Of a stretch of 64,000 bases of DNA, positions 9,217-19,395 are shown one piece after another. The stretch spans positions 384,001-448,000 of the forward strand of contig OZ245056.1 in assembly GCA_965224705.1 (NCBI GenBank), read 5' to 3'. Source of the stretch: Spirochaetaceae bacterium. GTDB lineage: Bacteria; Spirochaetota; Spirochaetia; DSM-2461. How positions within the stretch are numbered: position 1 is the stretch's first letter; each line of letters begins with the position of its first letter. The notes beneath the pieces are model-generated. The model was not told where the DNA came from and searched no databases. It was given only the letters and a program-made list of their open reading frames with translations. The translations under genes were made by a program, and so were the position numbers.

Positions 9217-10371
9217 TTACATGAACCCGGGTTCCAGATCTTCCCATGTAATGCCATCCCCGGAGGCCACATCTCTGACCAACCGTTGCCCATATACTCT
9301 GGCTCTATCCCGTGAAGGAATCCCCGGGCGCAGTACCTTCTCCGTTCGCAGCAGTGCCGTATTTTCCAAACTGACCGTTGTTCCAGCTGCCAATGGACCT
9401 GTAGCATGTATGGATCGATTGGTTCTTCCGTAATGTGGTAACTCCGACTCTGCCAGACCCAGAATACCATCGCCTAGAGCGGCTTCAATACGGGGGAGTC
9501 CATACTCTGGTATTAATTCAGTTATCACATAATTCAGATGCTTATTGTTGACCTCCTGCGACAGATTTACCTCCGGTGCATATCGTTTCACTGCGGCTGT
9601 CATCAGGGCAAAGTCATCCGGGAGCAAGGCCACCCGATCATCCAATCCATCTGTTTCATGACTCAAGGTGATGTGTTTTTCCACGATAACAGCCCCAGAG
9701 GCCACAGCCAGAACTGGAAGTAAGATTGGATCAAGGCTGTGGTCCGATAGACCTGCAGGTACATGGAACCTTGTGGTCAAAGTCGCGATACTCCGTAGAT
9801 TGGCTTCATTTTCCGGTGCCGGATAACTTGTAATACAGTGAAGAAGTGTAACTGGAGGTGCTCCGCAGCGTCCAATAACTTTCAATGCCTGTTCAATATC
9901 TTCAGGCAGGCTTACTCCGGTTGAAAGAATCAGCGGCTGCCCAAGGCTGGCTAATTGTTCCAACAATGGTTCGTGGTTGAGTTCAGGTGAAGCGACTTTC
10001 CAGATTTGAACTCCGATATCCTTCAATAGTTCGACACTTTTCTTCCCGAAGGGAGTTCCCAGGAATTCCAGATTTCGGCTCTTCGCCTGTTCAGCCAGAG
10101 CAACGTAAAAACTCAATGGTTGTTCCAGGGAGCGAAAAACCTCGTATAATGGCACAGGTCCACCGGGCAGAGGAACAAGTCCAGCTTCCGGTGGGAGAAT
10201 TTCATCGGCAAATACAACCTGCACTTTTACCGCGTCTGCACCTGCATCGGCTGCTGCGTTGACCAGTTCCAGGGCCTTTTGCAGATCTCCATTATGGGCT
10301 GTACCAATTTCTGCAATAATGACAGGTTGTTTCATTTGTGCATGGGTCAATCCCGGAAAATGGAAATCCAT
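9217..10371 (-). CDS. NeuB-family nonulosonic acid synthase with C-terminal SAF domain
   Basis: IIAEIGTAHNGD, AGADAVKVQ, KVASPEL, ILSTG, LHCITSYPA, GLSDHS, EKHITL, C-terminal RSIHA...RPGI...GITWEDL. Confidence 0.88.
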   Translation of the reverse strand: MDFHFPGLTHAQMKQPVIIAEIGTAHNGDLQKALELVNAAADAGADAVKVQVVFADEILPPEAGLVPLPGGPVPLYEVFRSLEQPLSFYVALAEQAKSRNLEFLGTPFGKKSVELLKDIGVQIWKVASPELNHEPLLEQLASLGQPLILSTGVSLPEDIEQALKVIGRCGAPPVTLLHCITSYPAPENEANLRSIATLTTRFHVPAGLSDHSLDPILLPVLAVASGAVIVEKHITLSHETDGLDDRVALLPDDFALMTAAVKRYAPEVNLSQEVNNKHLNYVITELIPEYGLPRIEAALGDGILGLAESELPHYGRTNRSIHATGPLAAGTTVSLENTALLRTEKVLRPGIPSRDRARVYGQRLVRDVASGDGITWEDLEPGFM

Positions 10372-10392
10372 AAGAGCCCCCTGGAGAATGAT

Positions 10393-11670
10393 TTACTGAC
10401 CGGCCGATATTCTATCGAAACCACAGTAGGGAACAAGGGCTGAAGGGATGATCACTGAACCGTCTTCCAACTGACCATTTTCAAGGATGGCAATGAGAGC
10501 CCGGGAACACGCTATGGCTGTACCATTAAGAGTGTGAGCATAACGGATACGTCCGTTTTCTTTGTAGCGTATACCCAGTCGGCGCGCTTGATAATCGGTG
10601 CAGTTGGATGTGCTGGTTACTTCTCCCCACCCGCCATGATCCCCACGCCCAGGCATCCAGGCTTCCAGATCGAACTTTCGGTATGCAGGAGCTCCCAGGT
10701 CACCTGTACAGGTATCAACCACCCGGTAGGGTATCCCCAAACCATTGAAAATCTCCTCTTCTATTCCAAGAAGTTTGTAAAGGACGGAATCGGATTCTTC
10801 TGCTTTAGCATAAACAAACATTTCCACTTTGGTGAACTGATGTACTCGATACAAACCTCTGGAATACTGACCCGAAGCCCCGGCTTCCCGACGAAAGCAA
10901 TGGGATAAACCAGCGAGGTAAATGGGACTGGTGGAAAGGTCCACAATTTCTCCAGCATGGTAACCGCCCAGAGTGATTTCTGCGGTTCCAACCAGGCAGG
11001 TGTCTGTCCCCTCAAGGGCATATATATTGGATTCGTCTCCCCGTGGTACAAATCCGATTCCTGCGACAATTTCTTCCTTTGCAATGTCCGGAGTTGTGGT
11101 GAGAGTGAATCCGTGCTTCTGGAGTATATTCAATGCATAACGAATGAGGGCCAGATCCAGCAAGACAGCTTCATTCTTGAGGAAGTAAAACTTACTGCCC
11201 GATACTCTGGCTCCAGCTTCAAAGTCAATGAGGTCAAGATCCTCTGCAATCAGGGTATGATCTTTGGGCTGGAAGTCAAATTGAGTGGGTTCACCAACAC
11301 GGGTAATCTCAAGGTTATTCTTGTCCTCTTTGCCTACAGGAGCATCTGGATGGGCCATGTTTGGTATGCAGATCAAGGCCTCTTCCATCATTCTTTCAGT
11401 TTCAGTCAGCTGGATTTCCTTACCTGGGATACGCTCTTTGAGTTTCCTGCCTTCTGCTATTAAAGCTTCCCTTATCTTCGGCTCAAGATTCCTCTTCATC
11501 TTCTGGGCGTTCTCATTGCGCAGATGGCGCAGGTGGTCAATCTCAGTGATCAAAGAGTTACGATTCTCGTATAGCTGGAGGAAATTATTCACATCAGCTG
11601 TCATGAATCGAGCCTCAATGTTGGCTTTTACCAGGTCTTTGTTCTCTTTTATGTATTTAGGATCCAGCAT
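10393..11670 (-). CDS. serS: Seryl-tRNA synthetase
   Basis: MLDPKYI, coiled-coil arm, GTAEI, CFRREAG, GLYRVHQFTKVE, EVTSTSNCTDYQARRL, HTLNGT. Confidence 0.98.
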   Translation of the reverse strand: MLDPKYIKENKDLVKANIEARFMTADVNNFLQLYENRNSLITEIDHLRHLRNENAQKMKRNLEPKIREALIAEGRKLKERIPGKEIQLTETERMMEEALICIPNMAHPDAPVGKEDKNNLEITRVGEPTQFDFQPKDHTLIAEDLDLIDFEAGARVSGSKFYFLKNEAVLLDLALIRYALNILQKHGFTLTTTPDIAKEEIVAGIGFVPRGDESNIYALEGTDTCLVGTAEITLGGYHAGEIVDLSTSPIYLAGLSHCFRREAGASGQYSRGLYRVHQFTKVEMFVYAKAEESDSVLYKLLGIEEEIFNGLGIPYRVVDTCTGDLGAPAYRKFDLEAWMPGRGDHGGWGEVTSTSNCTDYQARRLGIRYKENGRIRYAHTLNGTAIACSRALIAILENGQLEDGSVIIPSALVPYCGFDRISAGQ

Positions 11671-11807
11671 AGGGTATTAATCATTCCTTATAGCAGTTAT
11701 TCTAGAGAATGGAAGAGCAGAGTACTATCATTCCATGTTTCTGGAACAGTTCTGCTCTGATTTTATACTATGTATAAACAGCATTGCCAAGAAGGCAGGA
11801 GGATATT

Positions 11808-12500
11808 TTGGATAGCAACAATGGTAGAAAATATTTGAAGATGCAAGGAAACCTTTGTTTGTTTCTTTTGCTCATGGGACTCAGCCTCATGGGAACGATT
11901 TTGGCATCCTGTAAGCCCAGAGAAAAGTCAGAAGTCGCTGTCATCGGTGAGGTCATTTTTCTGGATGGAGATGTCAGCCTCAATGGTGCATCGGCCAGCA
12001 TTGGGGACAGTGCCAAAAGTGGAGATATTCTGGTAACAGGGCCTGAAGCCTATGCTGAGATACAATTCGGCGAAGCTCAAATTCTCCGTGCATCAGAAAA
12101 CACATCCCTTACTTTGAATGGCAGTGACAGTATTCTGGAACTTGATTCCGGAGCATTGTCCGTAATACAGTCAAAAGTTAAAAAACTGACCTCAAATGAT
12201 GCCTGGGATGTGAGCACACCTCACGCTGTAGCAGCAGTCCGTGGAACCACTTTTTATATGGAAGTGGAAAATCCTGACTCAACCTATTTCTGCATCTGTA
12301 ATGGCAGGATTGACCTTAAGGACACAAATGGGAACAACAACCTCATTCTGGAAGCAAGTCATCACAGAGCTGTAAGGTATATCAATAAATCCGGCAGCAT
12401 CGTCACTGAGGATGCTCCCATGATTTATCATACTGACGAGGATATGGAATCCTTAGCGGACAGGATAGGTATCAGCATAGATTGGGAGAGTATTCCATAA
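11808..12500 (+). CDS. FecR-domain lipoprotein
   Basis: SD AGGAGG before TTG 11808; hydrophobic stretch ending ILASC (lipobox); GDILVTG, STPHAVAAVRGTTF. Confidence 0.75.
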   Translation: MDSNNGRKYLKMQGNLCLFLLLMGLSLMGTILASCKPREKSEVAVIGEVIFLDGDVSLNGASASIGDSAKSGDILVTGPEAYAEIQFGEAQILRASENTSLTLNGSDSILELDSGALSVIQSKVKKLTSNDAWDVSTPHAVAAVRGTTFYMEVENPDSTYFCICNGRIDLKDTNGNNNLILEASHHRAVRYINKSGSIVTEDAPMIYHTDEDMESLADRIGISIDWESIP

Positions 12501-12518
12501 CGCACATAAGCATTATGC

Positions 12519-12740
12519 AGTGTCAGGAAGCTTGTTATAGCCTGGTTTCATTAAAATCCGGTTAGATGAGGATCCCTGCCAATATAGTAATTCAATACTC
12601 ATTGATAGTTGTGATTCAGCGAATTACTTATTTTGAATGATAGGAAGTCTCACCGGCAAGATGTTTCGTAAGTATTGTTCCACGATATATTAATTCTTTT
12701 GATGAAAGCAATTGTTTCATCCAACAGGCTTCCTGACACT
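12519..12740. mobile_element. Family A MITE, ~220-bp class, copy 2 (inverted relative to copy 1)
   Basis: AGTGTCAGGAAGCTTGTTAT ... CCAACAGGCTTCCTGACACT; lies between convergent genes. Confidence 0.85.
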
Positions 12741-12749
12741 GCAAATGAG

Positions 12750-13694
12750 TTACGGAATCATACGTGTTCCCGCTTTTCCTTCCAGTGCGGCAACGAGGTG
12801 AGCCGGATCGGTAATGATCCCGTTCTTCCCACTCTTCTCAACAAAATCAATCATAGCGAGAACCTTGGGCAGCATACTGCCCCTGGCAAAGTGTTCCTCA
12901 GCGATGTATTTTTTTGCTTCCGAAACGGTCATCTCAGAGAGTTCCTTCTGATCTGGTTTCCCGAAATCAAGGCACACTTTTTCAACCGCTGTTGAAATAA
13001 TAAATTGATCAGCTCCAAGTTCTATTCCAAGAACTGCGGCAGCAAGATCCTTGTCTATAACAGCCTCCACTCCTTTGTAAGTCCCATCCTGGTTACGGAT
13101 AACTGGAATTCCACCGCCTCCGGCAGCAATAGTAATGGTACCATTTTCCACCAACTGTCGGATAATGGGCATTTCAACAAGTTTTTTCGGGCTTGGAGAT
13201 GGCACAACGCGCCGCCAGCCTCTCCCGGAATCCTCTTTCACACTCCAGCCAGCCTCCTTCTGCTGCATTTTCGCATCTTCTTCCGTCATGAATGACCCAA
13301 TGGGTTTTGTGGGATCTGTAAAGGCTGGATCATCAGCATCAACCAGCACTTCTGTTACAATGGTGGCCACATTGCGTTCTTTCTGACCCATGCTGATGAG
13401 AGTGTTCCTGATAGCTGTTTGAATGCAGTAACCTAATGCCCCTTCTGTATCCGCAACACAGGCATCCAGGGGAACTGAATGGAGCTGAGAACGGGAAATT
13501 TCCGCACGGCGCAGTATGAAACCGACTTGAGGACCATTGCCATGAACAATGGCAACCCTGCTGTCTGATGCGAGTAATGGACTGAGATTTTCCGCTGTAA
13601 GAATGGCCGCATTATACTGATCTTCCACCGTCGTGTGTTTTGAATCGGTAATAAGAGAGTTTCCTCCAATGGCAATTACAACTGTTTCTGACAT
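12750..13694 (-). CDS. arcC: Carbamate kinase
   Basis: VIAIGGNSL, HGNGPQVG, DPTKPIG, GWRRVVPSP, GGGGIPV, EAVIDKD, GSMLPK. Confidence 0.95.
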   Translation of the reverse strand: MSETVVIAIGGNSLITDSKHTTVEDQYNAAILTAENLSPLLASDSRVAIVHGNGPQVGFILRRAEISRSQLHSVPLDACVADTEGALGYCIQTAIRNTLISMGQKERNVATIVTEVLVDADDPAFTDPTKPIGSFMTEEDAKMQQKEAGWSVKEDSGRGWRRVVPSPSPKKLVEMPIIRQLVENGTITIAAGGGGIPVIRNQDGTYKGVEAVIDKDLAAAVLGIELGADQFIISTAVEKVCLDFGKPDQKELSEMTVSEAKKYIAEEHFARGSMLPKVLAMIDFVEKSGKNGIITDPAHLVAALEGKAGTRMIP

Positions 13695-13704
13695 TATCTA
13701 CTCC

Positions 13705-15432
13705 TTAATTTCTGACATTTACATTGATTAATTCGAAAGCCGTTACATCAAATAGACCCCTGTCGGTAATCTTCAATTCAGGAATCACCGGCAGAGTGAG
13801 AAACGACAGCATAATAATCGGATCCAGACTGGTATTGATTGAAAGCTCATCATATGCCAGACGATTGAGTCGGGTCAATTGCTCATTCACCATATCAGCG
13901 GTTTCGTTCGACATAAGTCCAGCGATGGGCAGAGGAAGGGAATCCAGTAACTGACTCTCTTTCACCAAAACAATGCCTCCTCCGATCCGGGCAAGTTCCT
14001 CAGCGGCCAGTTTCATGTCGCCATCGCTATCTCCAGTGACAACCAGATTGTGAGAGTCATGAGCTATGGAAAGTCCTATGGCACCATTCTTTATTCCATA
14101 GCCCTCAATGAGTCCCAGACCAATGTTTCCGGTTCTTTTATGGCGCTCAATAACAGCAATCTTCCGAATATCCAGGTCAGGACTGGATATAAACAATCCA
14201 GCATCATTGACACCGACCCTGCGTACAACCTTCTTTGTGATAAGGGTGTCAGCATGAATTTGAATGACGTGAGCCAGGCTGCTTTGCAATCCAAGTTCAA
14301 ATGAGAATGAATCCAATGGTGCAATTTTAACAGTATCACTAACCTTTGAGTTATCTGGATGATTCACCTGGAACAGGGGCTTGTGACTTTCAGCAACCCT
14401 GATACCATTTTTATACACAGATTTGATATTGAAGTCAGTCAAATTGTCCACAATTGCAAAATCGGCATCATAACCAGGAGCGACAGCTCCCTTACCTTTC
14501 AGCCCATAACCCTCAGCAGCATTGATGGTGGCCATTTGAATTGCTGTTAAAGGATTCAGGCCAGAGCGGATGGCCAGCCGTACATTGTGATCAATATGGC
14601 CATCTTCAAGAATTTCTGCGGGTTGTTTGTCATCAGTACAGAAAGAACAGCGTTTGGAATTATCCGGTTTGACTCCTTTGATCAAATTGACCAGATTTCT
14701 GGCTCCAGACCCCTCTCTGATCAATACTCTCATACCCAGACGCAATCTATCCCGCATCTCTTCAAGGGTGGAGCATTCATGGTCTGTCTGAATTCCCGCG
14801 GCCGCGTAAGCAGTGAGATTTTTACCCTCCACCATAGGACCATGCCCATCTACTGGCTTATCTCTTGACAGTGCTGTTTCCAGTTTCGCGAGAACATCGT
14901 TTTCCGCATTGATAACGGCCGGGTAGTCCATCATCTCGCCAAGACCAAGCACTACCGGATTGTCGATAATGGACTCTATGGCTGCGGCATCAAGAACAGC
15001 TCCCGCATTCTCAAATTGGGTAGAAGGAACACAGGATGGTACCATGAAGAAAACATCCAGAGGTGCTTCCCGGGCAGCATCAATCATGTAAAGAATACCA
15101 TCCAGACCACAGACGTTGGCAATTTCATGAGGATCGGCAATCACAGTCGTGGTTCCTCTGGGAACAGCAATGCAGGCAAACTGCTCCGGAGACATAAGGG
15201 ACGATTCAATATGAACATGACTGTCAATTAATCCGGGAATCACGAAAAGATTATTGAGATCAATTTCATTCCTGCCCTTATAATCTCCAATGCCAGCAAT
15301 TCTTCCCTGATCAACTGCGATACTCCCATCAATAATCTCATGGGTAAATACATTGACAACCCTGGCATTTCTCAAAACCAGATCAGCCTCTTTCCGACCG
15401 GAAGCTACGGCTATAAAACGTTTTCTATCCAT
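13705..15432 (-). CDS. ade: Adenine deaminase
   Basis: PGLIDSHVHIESS, ADPHEIANV, LGEMMDY, DGH, DHE, REGS, CTDD, AHDSHN, LPLPIAGLMS. Confidence 0.95.
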   Translation of the reverse strand: MDRKRFIAVASGRKEADLVLRNARVVNVFTHEIIDGSIAVDQGRIAGIGDYKGRNEIDLNNLFVIPGLIDSHVHIESSLMSPEQFACIAVPRGTTTVIADPHEIANVCGLDGILYMIDAAREAPLDVFFMVPSCVPSTQFENAGAVLDAAAIESIIDNPVVLGLGEMMDYPAVINAENDVLAKLETALSRDKPVDGHGPMVEGKNLTAYAAAGIQTDHECSTLEEMRDRLRLGMRVLIREGSGARNLVNLIKGVKPDNSKRCSFCTDDKQPAEILEDGHIDHNVRLAIRSGLNPLTAIQMATINAAEGYGLKGKGAVAPGYDADFAIVDNLTDFNIKSVYKNGIRVAESHKPLFQVNHPDNSKVSDTVKIAPLDSFSFELGLQSSLAHVIQIHADTLITKKVVRRVGVNDAGLFISSPDLDIRKIAVIERHKRTGNIGLGLIEGYGIKNGAIGLSIAHDSHNLVVTGDSDGDMKLAAEELARIGGGIVLVKESQLLDSLPLPIAGLMSNETADMVNEQLTRLNRLAYDELSINTSLDPIIMLSFLTLPVIPELKITDRGLFDVTAFELINVNVRN

Positions 15433-15444
15433 GACTTTTCCTTC

Positions 15445-15608
15445 GGAACCTATCGGACTTTAAGGCTTCAAGGCGATTTTTGATGATTTTTTCCTGATGC
15501 AAGGCGACAAAAACTCAAGCGTAGCTGGGCTCCGTAGTATTTTGACAACTCAGCAGCGGGGGAAAAAGGGCAAAAATCGAGCCGTAAGGCGTAAGTCCGG
15601 CAGGCTCC
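15445..15608 (-). mobile_element. Family B MITE-like element, 164 bp (inverted)
   Basis: GGAACCTATCGGACTT ... AAGTCCGGCAGGCTCC; reverse-complement homolog of 8754-8915. Confidence 0.85.
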
Positions 15609-15774
15609 TTGTGAATCTCCATGCTGATACTACCACACACAATGTTTCTGTCATACAAAGGAACCTCTGTAAGACAAATTCAGAAAACTACGAAGAGATT
15701 TTCACCTGTCCACGTACAGCACACGGGCAGCAAAGCAGAACGGAGTTAAGTTGAGTAAATATTTTATGAATTCA

Positions 15775-15887
15775 AGTGTCAGTAAGCTTGTTAAATCAGA
15801 AAAATACTTCTTTAATACGGCTGTTTTGATGGCTTAGAACCTTGCAGCTACTAGAAAAAGTGAGAATTCAACAAGCTTGCTGACACT
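15775..15887. mobile_element. Family A MITE, 113-bp class, copy 1
   Basis: AGTGTCAGTAAGCTTGTTAA ... TCAACAAGCTTGCTGACACT; colinear with 19396-19508. Confidence 0.85.
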
Positions 15888-15964
15888 TGGTAAGGAATTA
15901 CAGCAATGACTTCACACTCTTCTTTCAGTATCAAACAACGTCCGGGCATTGATACTCCTGTTTA

Positions 15965-16861
15965 TCAGTCCCATAGGGGGGATGGATATGCACCCTCCTG
16001 GACAAGACCTGACAAACAAGTCTTCACTGCCGGTTTATCCTCCGGGTAGGTTACCCCAAACCATGTGGCACTGGATTGTAACACCCTGACTTTCAATTTT
16101 CCTGATTCAATACTCTCGCCGACTGTCTCAGGGATAAGATATTCGCTCGTCAATTTGGAACCTGATTCGGCTAGAAAATCAGAAAATCCCATTTCCAACA
16201 CCTCGAAAATCTTTGGAGTGAAGCCCCAGAAATTCATTGAGACCAACTCCCCGCCCGTCAGCGGGAATGTTTTGTCCCCTTCCTGGTACTCTACCAATCC
16301 GCTGGAATTCAGTCCAATCTTCAATCGCTCCGTAACCTTTGTCAGGTAAGTACCATCGGACTCGCACACACCTCTTGTTACCGAGCCGTGAGGACTCAAT
16401 GTGTTTTCAAGTCGATACCCAACGATGAATCCTTCCAGTGAAGCAGAATCAAGCTGTCTGAGGCCTTTGATACTCTCTTCAAAGGCTTCAGCACCATAGA
16501 AATCATCCGCATTGATAACAATAAACGGCTCCTGAACAAGATTTCTGCAGGTTAGAATCGCATGGCCTGTACCCCATGGTTTAACCCGATCTTCAGGCAC
16601 TTTGAAACCATCAAGGTGACTGTTGAGTTCCTGAAATGCATAATCAACGGCAATTTTTCCCTTGAATTTTCCACTGATCGATTCCTTAAAAGCATCGTTG
16701 ATATCCTGCCGAATGATGAAAACTACCCGGTCGAAACCAGCTCTGATCGCATCATAAACCGAATAGTCAAGAATGATTTCACCATTTGGTCCCATTGGAT
16801 CAATTTGCTTGATTCCACCATATCGGCTGCCCATACCAGCGGCCATAATCACTAAAGTCAT
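15965..16861 (-). CDS. Sugar-phosphate nucleotidyltransferase family protein
   Basis: VIMAAGMGSRYGGIKQ, KPWGTGHA, INADDFYG, SMNFWGF, WFGVTY. Confidence 0.88.
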   Translation of the reverse strand: MTLVIMAAGMGSRYGGIKQIDPMGPNGEIILDYSVYDAIRAGFDRVVFIIRQDINDAFKESISGKFKGKIAVDYAFQELNSHLDGFKVPEDRVKPWGTGHAILTCRNLVQEPFIVINADDFYGAEAFEESIKGLRQLDSASLEGFIVGYRLENTLSPHGSVTRGVCESDGTYLTKVTERLKIGLNSSGLVEYQEGDKTFPLTGGELVSMNFWGFTPKIFEVLEMGFSDFLAESGSKLTSEYLIPETVGESIESGKLKVRVLQSSATWFGVTYPEDKPAVKTCLSGLVQEGAYPSPLWD

Positions 16862-16873
16862 ATCATCTTTCCT

Positions 16874-17797
16874 TTACATCTGACGGATAATATTCCTGAT
16901 TGCTTCACCAAAACATTCTGCTACAGAAACCACTTTTATCCAATCAGTCAATGGTTCCGGTGCACGTTCAACGCTATCTGAAATATACAGGGTTTCGATT
17001 CCAGATTTCTCAAATCTATTCATGGCACCATCAGAAAAAACACCATGAGTAACAGCAGAAATAACCCTTCTGGCTCCTTTCCTGTATAATCTTTCTGCAC
17101 ATTCTATCAGGGTACCACCGGATATAACAAAGTCATCCACAATCAGTGCTGTTTTTCCAGAGACATCACCAAAGATATCCACCATCTCAACCGTTTCGTT
17201 CTTCTTCAGATGCTGCTTCACTCCTATCGCAACAGGCACATTGAGATACTGGGCGTATTTCCTGGCTTCATCTGCAAAACCCGTATCCGCTGAGACGACA
17301 ACGAGATCTGTAGAACTATTATCTTTGATAACCTGATCACCAAATGTTCTCAAACTGGTTAGGTTGTCCACTGGAATGCGAAAAAAGCCTTGAATCTGAG
17401 GAGAATGAAGATCCATAGTAATCACTCGATTACAGCCGATGTTTTCTAATGAATCAGCACAAACACGGGCCCGTATTGAACCGCCAGGTTCGTCCTGCTT
17501 ATCTCCTTTCCCGTAACTGAAGTAGGGAATAACAGCTGTGACTGATGCCGCACCGGCCCGTTTGAATGCATCAAGCCAGAACAGTAATTCCATAAACGTG
17601 TCATTGCTGGAATGGACTGTAGACTGAATGATGAAAACATCCTGCCCCTGGACATTCTCACCAACCTGAACACACGTGTTCCCATCTGAATACTTGTGGG
17701 AATAAGATTTCCTCAAGGGGACATTCAGATATCGGCAGATGGACTTTGAGAATGATATACTTGCAGATCCAGCAAAGATCATTATATTCTTTTTCAA
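16874..17797 (-). CDS. prs: Ribose-phosphate pyrophosphokinase (divergent)
   Basis: DVFIIQS, MELL, AVIPYFSY, TMDLHSPQIQGFF..PVDNL, IVDDFVISGGT, THGVFS. Confidence 0.88.
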   Translation of the reverse strand: MKKNIMIFAGSASISFSKSICRYLNVPLRKSYSHKYSDGNTCVQVGENVQGQDVFIIQSTVHSSNDTFMELLFWLDAFKRAGAASVTAVIPYFSYGKGDKQDEPGGSIRARVCADSLENIGCNRVITMDLHSPQIQGFFRIPVDNLTSLRTFGDQVIKDNSSTDLVVVSADTGFADEARKYAQYLNVPVAIGVKQHLKKNETVEMVDIFGDVSGKTALIVDDFVISGGTLIECAERLYRKGARRVISAVTHGVFSDGAMNRFEKSGIETLYISDSVERAPEPLTDWIKVVSVAECFGEAIRNIIRQM

Positions 17798-17806
17798 AAC
17801 AAGCTC

Positions 17807-19198
17807 TTAAAGCACCATGTTCCTGGGTGATCGGGGGAAGGGAATAACATCTCTGATATTCTGCATACCAGTCACATACTGAACAACTCTTTCAAGGCCT
17901 AAACCAAAGCCGCTGTGAGGTACCGAGCCGTATCGTCGGAGGTCAATATACCACTGATACTCATCCGCATTCATACCTGATTCCTTTATTCTCTCCACCA
18001 ATTTGTCCAGCCTGTCTTCCCGCTGGCTGCCTCCAATTATCTCGCCCAGTCTGGGAACCAGGACATCCATGGCCCGCACTGTTTTCCCATCATCATTCTG
18101 CTTCATGTAAAAAGCCTTCATGTCCTTCGGATAATCAGTAACGATGACTGGTCCGGCAATGACTTTTTCCGTAAGATAACGTTCATGTTCTGTCTGGAGA
18201 TCGGTTCCCCAGGCCGGTTTCAAGGCAAATTCAACCTTTGCGTTTACCAGTTCCTTCATCGCGTCTGTGTATGGAAGGTGGACAAATGGACTGGAGACAA
18301 CTTTCTGAAGGTTCTTTATTACTCCTTTTTCTACCCACCGGTCAAAAAAATCCATATCACCTTCACAATTCTCCAGAACGGTTGAGAGCAGAAATTTTAT
18401 AAAAGATTCCGCCAGAGCACGATTATCGTCGAGATCACAGAAAGCCATTTCAGGCTCCACCATCCAGAATTCCGACAGATGCCGGGTTGTATTCGAGTTT
18501 TCTGCCCTGAAAGTGGGACCGAAGGTGTATACATTGCTCATGGAACAGGCATAGTTTTCAACCTGGAGTTGACCGCTCACCGTAAGAAATGACTTCTTTC
18601 CGAAGAAGTCCTGGTTGTAATCAACTTCTTCCTGATCATTATATGGTAGAGACTGCATGTTCAAGGTGGTTACCTGAAACATATGACCGGCACCTTCAGC
18701 ATCACTTCCGGTTATGATCGGTGTATGTATCCACTGAAATCCCCTGTCCTGGAAGAACTTGTGAATCCCCATGGATAAGGTATTCCGAACCCGAGTTACA
18801 GCTCCAAATGTGTTTGTTCGTGATCTAAGATGGGCAATTTCCCGGAGAAATTCAAATGAGTGCCGCTTTTTCTGTAATGGATAATCGGCCGATACATCTC
18901 CGATTATTTCCACCGATTCAGCCTGAAGTTCCATATTCTGCCGGCCGCCCTGACAGGGTTGAACAAGACCGGTGATTTTGACACTGGCCCCTGTCAGCAA
19001 ACGGCGGCTCAGGTTTTCGTCAAGTATACTGGAACTCTTATCAACAACGATTTGAAGATTCTTCAAACAGGATCCATCGTTGATCTCGATGAAAATAAGA
19101 TTTTTGCCCTCCCGTTTAGTTCTGATCCAGCCGTAGATAATTTCCCTGCGCTCATCTTCAGGCCCCGAGAGAATTGACTTGATAGTGGTTCGATCCAT
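17807..19198 (-). CDS. asnS: Asparaginyl-tRNA synthetase
   Basis: [69 protein letters not shown]. Confidence 0.98.
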   Translation of the reverse strand: MDRTTIKSILSGPEDERREIIYGWIRTKREGKNLIFIEINDGSCLKNLQIVVDKSSSILDENLSRRLLTGASVKITGLVQPCQGGRQNMELQAESVEIIGDVSADYPLQKKRHSFEFLREIAHLRSRTNTFGAVTRVRNTLSMGIHKFFQDRGFQWIHTPIITGSDAEGAGHMFQVTTLNMQSLPYNDQEEVDYNQDFFGKKSFLTVSGQLQVENYACSMSNVYTFGPTFRAENSNTTRHLSEFWMVEPEMAFCDLDDNRALAESFIKFLLSTVLENCEGDMDFFDRWVEKGVIKNLQKVVSSPFVHLPYTDAMKELVNAKVEFALKPAWGTDLQTEHERYLTEKVIAGPVIVTDYPKDMKAFYMKQNDDGKTVRAMDVLVPRLGEIIGGSQREDRLDKLVERIKESGMNADEYQWYIDLRRYGSVPHSGFGLGLERVVQYVTGMQNIRDVIPFPRSPRNMVL

Positions 19199-19206
19199 GT
19201 GAACAC

Positions 19207-19235
19207 ACCTTACTAGCAGTCAGCTTCATCGTCAA
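19207..19235 (-). promoter_or_regulatory. Putative sigma70 promoter of asnS
   Basis: TTGACG-N17-TAAGGT, 8 nt before the ATG. Confidence 0.5.
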
Positions 19236-19395
19236 GTTTCCAGAAAGTCTGTATGAGATTCATCGTGACAGAGAGACAGAGGGTCTGCCCGAAGGCGTTC
19301 TCCAGGATCTCCGCTTCCCTGTACTCCGTCAGTAGTATTGATCGGAAAATCAGGGAAGATAACTTTGATCATGTACGAAAATGTGAAGTTTTCGA

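Noticed and set aside
15609..15960. Purine riboswitch upstream of ade
   Set aside because: No purine aptamer consensus seen on the minus strand.
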